The translations under genes and the position numbers were made by a program. From NCBI GenBank assembly GCA_013115145.1, contig JAAPAO010000312.1, positions 1 through 40,504 of the forward strand: a stretch of DNA of 40,504 nucleotides, read 5' to 3'. Every line of letters starts with the position of its first letter. Within the stretch, counting starts at the first letter, position 1. Under the pieces are notes generated by a model. It saw nothing but the letters and a program-made list of their open reading frames with translations. It was not told where the DNA came from and searched no databases. Of this stretch, positions 1-9,476 are shown piece after piece. This DNA is from Perkinsus chesapeaki ATCC PRA-425. Lineage: Eukaryota; Protista; Perkinsozoa.

Positions 1-293
1 CACTTAAACTATGTCCATTTGCATGTAAGTATTCTTCCCCACCAAGACCCCCAGTTATAGACTTCTGAGAGCGGCTTAAGGTTTGGGTATCACCAAGGGG
101 CCCACTGTAGTTTGTAGACGGGCACAGCATGACACAATGCGTGTTTCCCTTCATGTGAGAATAAAATCTGTACGCACGCGGAACGTGACATACGTATAAA
201 GCGCGCGCCGCTGTCACCGCCGAAATGTGGGATACTCTTTGACAAAGCGAATCTCTGATACAATGCAACAATTAAAATATATCATATTATAAG

Positions 294-325
294 GAAGTGA
301 TCAATTGAAGTGATCAATTGAAGTG
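294..325. repeat. 13-nt tandem duplication (GAAGTGATCAATT x2 + GAAGTG)
   Basis: Read directly: gaagtgatcaatt gaagtgatcaatt gaagtg. Confidence 0.9.
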
Positions 326-1203
326 GTAAGGATCGATCCATTAACTTCACTGCGGTAATTATGCTGCATTGCGCGTGGCGAGTCATCAAATTTTGTGGCG
401 AGCGAAATTTGCAAAATGCTGACACGGAACATTTATACTGTAGGTTGTGCGAGATTGTGTTTATTCAGCGCAATTGGCTTATTTATCCCTATTACATTGG
501 CGTATCTTTAACATCATTCCTCGAGCATTTCTCTGTGTTGCTTGTACTAATTGTGTACTACTTAGTGCGGAATATGCCTTAGTGTAGGCAATACAGTATA
601 GGTCCGAATAACGTGGACAAACCTCGTCTGACGAAGCTTAATGGGCCCTTAAAAGCTGCTGGGATTCTCTTGTTGATATTGGCACTTAAACCATTGACAA
701 TCGAACAAGTTAGGCGGGGCTTTTTGAAGACAGGATATACCATTCGAAAACGGGCACGGAAAGGTTTCTGGCGCGTTTGAGACGATGCTATTGTAGCATT
801 ACTACCCTTTTAGTTGTAGAAGGCCGTTCAAGTTCACTCTTTCGACCCTGTATGCTCCGAAAACCATCCTTTCGAGCTCGGAACCAAATTATCTCTCGAA
901 ACTGGAATTCGGACTATTGATCGTCCATCGAGTCCGAATATCCTGAGCCATAACTCCTAAGCACAATTCTGAGGTTCTCCAGTGCATTTTGAGGAAGTCA
1001 TATTAAATCAGTGTTGAAGGAATCAGGCTCCATTCTCACTCCGAATGATGATAGCAGATGGTTTTGCCAACCCCCTCATACTAATGCAAGGCACCGCCGC
1101 TGCAAACGATTAGTAATCACTATTACCTACAGAACTCATGAAACACAAGTCCAGATACTTAGAAAAGTGGAAAAGCAACAGTTGTACTACTCCATTATAT
1201 GCG

Positions 1204-1749
1204 TCACATGAAGACTAGAACTGCAGCTCCCAAACAATTAAAGAAATATACCGTAACAAGGGCCACATACAACACTTCACCTGGGGAAGAACCGTATATT
1301 GGCAGTGTGATACTTGGCCGCGAAGAGAGACCCATCCATGACAAATACCCATTCCTCAACGTACTATCCTTTAGAGTTTATCAACTTCACCTCCTCACGT
1401 TACGTGAGTCACGTAGCTCCTTGACGGCGTCGCTGTCGCCCAAGCCAGGCTTTACCTCGTTTGCTTCAACGAACCACAGACTCGAGTTGATTATTGGGCA
1501 AGTAAACGGGTGAAGTACAGTTGTTGAAAGACGAACAAGTTGTGATTCATCGATACGTGTGGTCAGAAGCCATCGTGGTGTTCGTATGAACTCATATCAA
1601 AGGCTGACAGCAATTTGAATCCTTCCCTGGAATAATGGTAACGCCGGAAGTAGCATTATCCACATCAGAGGCAACAATTATAGGACCATGCCACATGGCT
1701 CGTGAGTCCACTTTGTAGAGCAGCAAATACCAGGATAAGGACTAAACAT
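1204..1749 (-). pseudogene. Decayed coding sequence, candidate processed pseudogene
   Basis: Protein-like open segments sit in different frames: YKVDSRAMWHGPIIVASDVDNATSGVTIIPGKDSNC; YEFIRTPRWLL...SLWFVEANEVKPGLGDSDAVKELR; EEVKLINSKG*YVEEWVFVMDGSLFAAKYHTANIRFFPR*. They are joined by frameshifts and in-frame TAG/TGA. An ATG at 1749 lies 2 nt after an SL-like 22-mer. No family recognised. Confidence 0.4.
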
Positions 1750-1751
1750 CA

Positions 1752-1773
1752 CTTGAGCCAGAATGGATACAAA
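1752..1773 (-). other. Relict spliced-leader (DinoSL/Perkinsus SL)-like sequence
   Basis: Minus strand reads TTTGTATCCATTCTGGCTCAAG versus DinoSL DCCGTAGCCATTTTGGCTCAAG: 18/22 identical, 17/19 over the 3' part. It is followed by TG-ATG rather than the GT of an SL RNA gene. Confidence 0.6.
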
Positions 1774-2170
1774 TGCTTATAGATAATTAACATCTTACAA
1801 CTTCTCAGGTATCAAGGAAGGAGGGTGAGTTGGGGAACTCAAGCTCACAACTGAACAAAGGTGAGCAACTTTTTACCTTGCTGGGTAAGATCTCAAATAA
1901 CTCGACTAAGTCAGTAAACTTGCTCCTCGACCAGTCTCAGCTTTTACCGACTCATTTAACTCACGGTATGTTACTGATTCGTAAAGATGATGAAAATGTA
2001 CTTCCTAACTCACTTCACGCCCTCGCTTCAAAGTCGGTCGACGGCACAGTTTTATGGCAACTGCAATGAACTCAACATTCTTCAACAATAAGTTGCAAAG
2101 TGAACACAGCAATTAAACATCAGCCGGCTCAGCAGCAGCAGCAGCAGTGCAATCGATAATCAGAATTTGT

Positions 2171-3353
2171 CTACTGATGATACTCCTCTGTTGTGATAGG
2201 TTGCTCTGAGGCGACAGGTGTGAATGGTGAGAAAGATACCGAAGGCTCCTCGCCCTCACCGCCATCGCCGAACTAAACAACATATCCGAATAGGTTCATA
2301 TGCTCCAACTACATGAGGACGTATCTTTCGAAAAACTTAGCATTCATGTCAAAGCGAGATATGGCCATGTAAAGTGGCAAGAAATTCGTTCTTCCTGAAC
2401 TGATATTTTATGCAACCTAGTCCACGAACTATCGGTTCGTAGTGTTCGGAGAAATATGAAATACATTCTTTTTGGGTTGAGCCTTTAGAGTTCCTCTATC
2501 ACTGCCTGCGGCTTACACTGCCCCCCCAACTGGTTCGTCTTAGAAATGTCGCGGTTAGTTCCTGATGACGCTCGTCTTGAACAGCTGATCCATTCACCTA
2601 ATGAGTTATCGATGCCTAATGAATGGTACTACCACTCCTCCTCTTCTTCCTACTTTAAAATAATACACTAATGTGATAACACCTGTACCCGTCATATATA
2701 TACCAGAAATCACACAGAAGAATGCCCAAAAGCTAAACACATCAAAATAAGAATCCAGTAGTACAGCTTCAGCTTCGAGGAGCGTACGTTGAATTGACCC
2801 TTATAGAAGTAGACGACGACGATTGTCCAAGAAATCGACTGCCGCCGGCTGCATCCAAGTTCCCTTCCTCGGCACTTGTCGCCACATAAGTGTAATTGCC
2901 GCTGCATATCATGCCAAAAATCTGCAAGAGCGCCGTAAATGTTGAAACGGACCATGACCTACTATAAATACGAGAGCTCGGCCCAGCAAGGATGTCATAA
3001 AGGGAGCCACTGCTCTGAGCCTCTTCTGCGCTGGGGAGTCTTGAGGACTGATAAATAACATTATAGGGCGAATGAGAGGGATCGATTAATACCACAGTTG
3101 AGCGATGAGTCCCGAGGCTCCCAAACTAGCACATACACACGTCTCGGCCATGTTGTGTATCAGCATCCAAATACAGTACTGAGGGCACAGCAGATACCTG
3201 AAAATAATAAGATTATAAAAAAGGGAGTTTTTATTACGACAGTGAGTGAGCACATAACATAATGCAAGCTCCACAGCCTGTGAAAGGAAGGATGCTTTCC
3301 ACCACTTGGACAACCCTAAGTACTGAGAACGAAGGCAATATAAGCCAGTTCAT
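2171..3353 (-). CDS. Hypothetical multi-exon protein, possibly secreted
   Basis: ATG 3353 gives MNWLILPSFSVLRVVQVVES (signal-like). Exon-like segments are VSAVPSVLYLDADTQHGRD, the ORF-track SSRLPSAEEAQ...GGSRFLG, FLPLYMAISRFDMNAKFFERY and FGDGGEGEEPSVSF...EEYHQ* (last intron 48 nt, phase 0). Not all junctions were resolved. Confidence 0.35.
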
Positions 3354-3542
3354 TGCTTGGGTACTCAGCTGAACGCTGAACCTTGCAGAAGCAAAGATTA
3401 TAATATACTGAAATTAGACTACGTATTTCAACCGAATATGGATCTTGCAAGGTTGAAACTAAGATACCCCCGACAATAACAACCCAACACCTCTACACTC
3501 TCTTGGATAGTCTCACTTCCAATGAAAAATTAGGTAAATCAT

Positions 3543-4099
3543 ATGATGCAGAAAGTTGATAGAAACATACTACTACCACAAGACTATATAAACACCAGTA
3601 AACCGACGACGACGACAGTCTCAAGGGGAGTACAATCAGTGGCGATCATCTCAACAGAGAGTACCACCGCGGTAGACTGACAAACCGTAGTCGTAATGTA
3701 CAGAAGCTACATGATACTACCACAAGGTCTCTCGAGACCCGTGGAAAGCCATTTGGGAAATGCCTCTTGAAAGGGACAATAAAGTAGTAGTTGTGGTAAA
3801 AGTAAAAGGATATTTTAATAGAAAATTAGTAACCCGAATTGGGAAAAGGTGAATCTTATGAGAACAACAACAATAACAATAGCAACAGTGCCTTATAGGA
3901 CAGGAACAGCTAAGCAATTGAAGTCTCAGAAAATATACAACGATTTTGCTGATGACCAGAATGATGTTACCAAAGACAACAACACTACGATGAATGTTGT
4001 CGTGAGTGGTATCACAGAAAGGCGACAGTAGCACAGCTATATCAATGTGGAAGCCAACGGCCACTATACACCGACGAGACGACACTTACGCATCCGTAA
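3543..4099 (+). CDS. Hypothetical ~140-aa protein, 5 exons
   Basis: A phase-consistent GT-AG chain gives MMQKVDRN...STTA/KLHDTTTRSLETRGKPFGKCLLKGTI/KKLVTRIGK/RTGTAKQLKSQKIYNDFADDQ...MNVV/LYQCGSQRPLYTDETTLTHP*. Some introns are only 32-38 nt and no homology was recognised. Confidence 0.3.
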
Positions 4100-4288
4100 C
4101 CTCGGATACATTGCCGAAAAAGTAAGTTTAAAAGCATTAGCCTTTATAAACTATTACAACGACATGGTATTTAACCGCTATCGTATTGGCCTCCTCTTCA
4201 CTCGCCTGTATCTTTATATGGCCTGGAGATAATAAAAATTGTGAGTAGCAAGTAGTGGGACTAGTCACAAGAGGTTTTACACCATTCA

Positions 4289-5299
4289 TTAGAAAATAAA
4301 CATACCATCATCATCAGCAGTGGCGTGATGACGATAACAACTTAGGTCGGGGTAGTCGAAACTGGTAGTAGTACCATAGCCGGGCACAGCGAACATATCA
4401 ACCCCGCCATCCCAGACACCAAAAGGATCACCAAGTGCAGCAGGAAGTGCATCATCCACCATCATCACGTCCTTTTTAGAATGATTCTTCTCGTCGTGCT
4501 TTGGTGTAGTAAGAACCGTTGTAGGCTCAGCACCGAGACCAGGTGGCGGTAGTAACAACTTATGCTTATGCTCAAACTTCTGAACATCACAAGTGTGACC
4601 GCAAATAACATGTTTTGGTTGAGCGAGAATCCTCTCAACAACATTAGGATCTTCCATAACGACGAAACCAACACTTGGTGGGCGAACTCTAACAGCAGAG
4701 TTATTATTCACTTCAACACCATCACCATCGGGAAGAGGCGATGATGCTTTAGCCTGACGATGTAGAATAAGCAAGTTGGATACTTCTCCCCACATAGAGA
4801 AATACTCTCTCAGTTTCATTGCAGAGTCAAAGCCGAGCTTTTGAATCCTTCTAACAGTGAATACACGGTTTTCTTGTACACCACTTAAAGCATGAAGCAC
4901 ATGCCACAATGGGACACCGTGGGTGGGGAAAGGCTTATCAATATCAGCAATAGCGGATAGAGCATCGAGCGCAGCCTTCTGGTCCTCAGGGCGCATACCA
5001 TTAGCATCAATCTCGCCGCTAAGGTCAAAACTCTTTGCAGAAGGACTGCTGGCAGCAGATGGAGAACGAAGTTGCTCCTCGACAAGCGATGAGGAACGCT
5101 CTAGACTATCCGATAGAGAACGAACTTGTTCGGTGAGCCTATGAGAACGTTGCTTTTCGAACTTCAAATCATCTTCTAAGCGATGAATCGTGGACCAAAG
5201 CTTAACTAAGAGATCGTCACTTTGCATGACCGCTGAAGCTGACCGGTGGCTACTGAAGCTGGACTGCTGATGAAGGTCGTAATCATTAACCGCCGCCAT
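4289..5299 (-). CDS. RRM RNA-binding protein of dinoflagellate/Perkinsus type with N-terminal coiled coil; intronless CDS
   Basis: Single 357-aa ORF containing RVFTVRRIQKLGFDSAMKLREYFSMWGEV...RPPSVGFVVMEDPNVVERIL. The likely start is MAAVNDY (ATG 5299), 9 nt after a TTTATCAG acceptor-like site. Confidence 0.8.
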   Translation of the reverse strand: MAAVNDYDLHQQSSFSSHRSASAVMQSDDLLVKLWSTIHRLEDDLKFEKQRSHRLTEQVRSLSDSLERSSSLVEEQLRSPSAASSPSAKSFDLSGEIDANGMRPEDQKAALDALSAIADIDKPFPTHGVPLWHVLHALSGVQENRVFTVRRIQKLGFDSAMKLREYFSMWGEVSNLLILHRQAKASSPLPDGDGVEVNNNSAVRVRPPSVGFVVMEDPNVVERILAQPKHVICGHTCDVQKFEHKHKLLLPPPGLGAEPTTVLTTPKHDEKNHSKKDVMMVDDALPAALGDPFGVWDGGVDMFAVPGYGTTTSFDYPDLSCYRHHATADDDGMFIF

Positions 5300-5918
5300 G
5301 TTGTTGGCCTGATAAAACAAACGATAGGACAAACTAATACAATGGTCGTTAGGGAACGCCAAGCTAGCAAGGCTAATAAGGAAGCGAACGGTCGCACAAA
5401 ATGTTACAAAATGATGCTCCTGGGGTTCGAACCTGGAACAGAAAATGTTCGGAAGCTGATAAGTACCACAACATTGGAGAGGATTCTCACGTTAGAGCAG
5501 TTTACCATAACTACTGCTGCTGGTAATATGTTTACTATATATCTATTCTTGGACCAAGAACTATCACATCTTTGACCCACAACTCCATAACCGCCGCAAT
5601 AACACAATAACAATGCTGCTGCTACCGAGGGAAACTCAATACTGTTTATAGCTCTTTGACCCGAATCATTATTAATCACGTAGCAAGAGGGAACGGAACA
5701 GGCGTACGAAGGACTGTTCCTCCTCATAAGGGGAGTTAGTAGCTGCCACCAATGAGCCCCGGACTGGCGGATTATCCAGAGGCGTAGACGAATGGGTAGG
5801 GGGGGGATGGTAGGTCAGCTGCTGAATATGACAAGATGATTATGATAACTTATCATAAAAAACTCGCAATACACTCAACAACGAGGGATATGATAACTGA
5901 GTACGTAGTAATGTGAAT

Positions 5919-8900
5919 TTAATAGAGTGGTGGTCTTCTAGCATCATTATAGAACACGCCGTTTTCATCGACCATGCTCTCGAAGTTACGAGCTGTTGAG
6001 GCAATGATCCTATCAAACTCTTCGTCACGCTCAGCCGTGATTCGCTCCATTTTCCTGTAATATTCAGTCGTTAAACTATCAACCTAAAAGAACTGATGCA
6101 TCCGCTATTGCATTGGCCCTTGGAGCCAATGACGTTAAATAGAACTCACCTTTCTGAAAAGCGCATGACACTCCTCTTCGTTTAGCAACACTCTCCGACC
6201 ATTTTTAATCATCGGTGGCCTCGCAGCACTCGACTCAGACGCAGCGGCCACCCTCGGCCTTGCTTCGACTCGTTGCGCTGGTCGACCAGGTGGTGTCACC
6301 CGCTTGGCTGGAGCATGCGCCGCGGCGGGCATCACCGGTGGCTGCTCAGCCCTCAACGATGATGCTGCTCTTTGATCGGCGTCGCCTCGAGGAGCTTGAA
6401 GTCTTCGTTGATCTGTCGGCTTCGGTGGCAGTACTTTGTTTTTCCTTCTCAAAACGCCATTTACTCCTGCCTTCGGGACATGTGGCCTAGTGATATCCCA
6501 GTGATCCTTCATATGGCAATCCTGTTCAGAGCTTTTCCATCCAAGACTCTCCAGCCTCGCCAATCCTTGTCTATATACAGCACCAGAGCTTCCAACCAAC
6601 ACGGTCCTCTTTATCCTCTCCAATTCGATTCTCGCCGGAGCAACTGACTGCGACCGTGACTGGGGTGGTGACGCGGAAGCAGTTTCCACAGGACGACCTG
6701 CTGGGGGAGCACCCGGCGGGGACCTCCTAGTCGGTGCCTCTCTAGCTGGGGGAGAATTTTCCCTCTCACTGAACCGTGGTGCTGCTGCCTGAGCGACTGA
6801 TGGACTTCGCTCTGGCAATGACGACGGTTGTATAGCTAGCGATGATGAAGCCCTCCTCCCTCCTCCCGACAACAGCGCTTGTGACTCCTTAATGTCGGCC
6901 TCCGAAATGCAGGACTCAAAGTCAGAATCGGCTGATGCCGACTCAGTTCTCATCTTTCCCCCAGTGGAAGAAGCCCCTACTGCCGACACCACAGAGGTGC
7001 CGGACTTGGGCAATTCACTCGAGGGCTGCTCAGGGTCGTCGTTGCTCCCCATGCATGTCTCCACATCCTCCACATCGTGCATCATCATTCCGAGAGACTC
7101 TACTACGATAGCTGCAACCGGAGGTGGTAGATCCATCTCATCGGTCATCGGATACACAGGCGAGTCTGCCGCTATTTCCTCCTCGTCCATCGAGTCATTT
7201 CTTTCAGCCGTGGGTCTCTTCTTGGTCTCAGCAGCCTCGGGCGTAGCAGGATCATCTGTGCTTGGGGTGTCCGAAGCACACAAAGCCTTGGGCTCCACCG
7301 TCGACTTAGTAGCTTCAGTTGTCCCGACTGATAATGCAGCTTCTGCATCATCATCAGTCGGGACATTACGCGCGGCTGATGACAGATCCTCTTTGTAAGG
7401 AGCAGCTGCATCAGCCGGTAAAGTAGTAGAAGTAGTAGAAGTAGTAGTAGCAGTAGAAGTAGACGTAGTTGTAGTGTTAGTTGCTTTTGCTGTTGTTGTT
7501 GTTGCTGTTGCTGTTGCTGCTGTAGTAGTAGTTGTTGTTAATGTTGCCGGTTCGTCGTCTCGCCAGGGATTCTCAGGCGCAGGCTCCACTTCATCCAATG
7601 TGGCTGCCGAGAAATCGAATAAGGACTTGGCACCAATGAAGGTCTCCTCTGGGGGGAGCCCTTGTGACAATGGTCGACACTTCTTCAAGTCCGGCTCCAT
7701 ACGGCGTGCAATGTTGGTAGGTGATGGATCTACCAGCCAAACCTCTTTCTCTCGACCAGTAACACTAGGACGATGAGGGGTGTTCGATGATGATGCCAAT
7801 GTTATCATCTCACGCACAGCTTCCCGCAATTGATTCTGAACTGCCCTGACCTAAATGCAGCAGCAGCAGCGGCAACAAGATGAACCCCCGATGCAGAATA
7901 ATGTTTAACTTACCTCTCTTATCAGCTCCACATTCTCAGCAGCCAGATCCTCCTCATCAGTCACAGACTTTACAACAACTGATGCATCCGCACGACGCTT
8001 AGTGGAATCACGTCCACGAAGCAGCACCGACTGAAGAGTACGAATGACAGCAGCAGCAGCAATGCTTGCGCCCCTCCAAGATACTTACTGCTGCCATTAA
8101 GTCTCGAACCTTAGCTACTCGTGCCAGCATCTCCCCAGTGATAGGGCCCATCGGATGAACTAAACGCCAAGCATCTCCTACCAAGCGAAGGTGTGTAACC
8201 TTCCATGCGCCATCAACCTAAATACTTAACTAATTCCAAACATGTATTTATGTATTCTCACCTTGGCCGCCAACCCATGCCGGAATGGTAAGAACGCCAT
8301 TAGCATGACCATCGCCACTCGATTCCGGCAGCGGCATGGCAAGACGGTAACACCATCAGCTCTGGCATCGTTAATCCTTCTATTGTCACCATGACTTGAG
8401 GATGCTTGAATCTTTCCAACTATTCCCCAGTATAGCTCTGGCCCCTCTACTATGTCTACCCTAGGCCGTCTATCAATAGGGCCTACACCCGATCCTGGTG
8501 AGGAGGGCACACTAGGCTTGCTGCCCAACCATCCAGGAGGATTCCTAGGCGACACTTGTACATGGAATTGTGAGTTAATTCGTGATGCTGATATCATATC
8601 AGGCGTGTCAGAGTAATATTTACGCCATCTTATAACGTTTGGTATTAACGGACGTTTCAATTTAATCCAGTCAGACCAAGTCGCTCGATCAGGTTTCACC
8701 GTACACTGATAGCGTCCATCATAGAAGGCTTGTAGTAGTCGAACAGACACCGGTGCGATGAACTGGAACTCGGAATCCTCGACCATGATATTCTTATCAA
8801 CCGATCGATTATCCTCTCCAGGCAGGAACTCGAATGAGTGATCGGTCCTATTAAAATCAGCATTCCCACCAGCAGGGGCCTTTCCTGTTAGTTTTAGGAC

Positions 8901-9320
8901 AAGTTGATGCATCGGCGTGTTCTGTAATAAAAACAACATCAATCAAATAAATCCAATGAGGAGGAGGAGGATTGCTTCTCTTATTACCACTCTAGAAGTA
9001 GAATAAGCTTCTTCTTGCCTCATTGCCAGCTGCTGTGGCAAACGATCAAACTTCACCAAATCTCCGCATTCCTCCACTTTCATATCCTGACATACGACAT
9101 GCTACATGCACTATAGCTGCAGCAGAAGCAGCGGCGCCCGGAGAACTCCGAATCTCAATACTCAAATTCTCTTCACCAAATCGCCGTAGAACACTCTTCA
9201 AAACCGAGCGAATTTTGCCGAATGCCTTCTGGGCTTTCTTTCCTTGCTGACATAGGCGAACACGCGAATAAATGACAGATCTGAGACGTAGACGAACTAC
9301 CCCGAATAAATGACAGATCT
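5919..9320 (-). CDS. Large multi-exon low-complexity protein (Thr/Ala/Ser/Pro-rich); possibly the C-terminal half of the upstream helicase
   Basis: The 238-aa ORF (8226-8942) splices in phase via GTGAGA..TTTAG, GTAAGT..TTCAG and GTAAGT..TTTAG introns to VDGAWKVTHLRL..., SVLLRGRD... and the 564-aa ORF (6135-7829). A GTGAGT..TTTTAG intron then leads to VDSLTTEYYRKMERITAERDEEF...RRPPLY* (TAA 5919-5921). The 5' end is unresolved. Confidence 0.75.
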
Positions 9321-9342
9321 AAGTAGACGAACTACCCCGAAT
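9266..9342. repeat. Imperfect 38/35-nt tandem duplication
   Basis: gaataaatgacagatctgagacgtagacgaactacccc, then gaataaatgacagatctaagtagacgaactacccc, then gaat. Confidence 0.9.
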
Positions 9343-9476
9343 TCCTATTGATAACCTGCGATAGTATACCTCCCTAACCTTTATATCACTGCTGTACGAA
9401 ATACACCACAAAGATCGGAAGTGCCTTCCATAACTCATTCAACACGTTATGAGAACAACTTGTGACAAGTATAATT

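Noticed and set aside
361-960. Gene on either strand at the window start
   Set aside because: Open segments exist on both strands, but I could not build a phase-consistent model or recognise homology.
1752-1773. Functional SL RNA gene
   Set aside because: The 22-mer is followed by TG, not the GT donor of an SL RNA intron; it has mismatches and is not in a tandem array.
1780-2000. TGA recoding or alternative genetic code in a minus-strand frame with many TGAs
   Set aside because: The frame also contains TAA, mirrors TCA codons of an open plus-strand frame, and confirmed genes in the window end normally at TGA, TAA or TAG.
6215-7776. Several plus-strand ORFs (6215, 6372, 6892, 7474)
   Set aside because: Antisense shadows of the GC-rich 564-aa exon.
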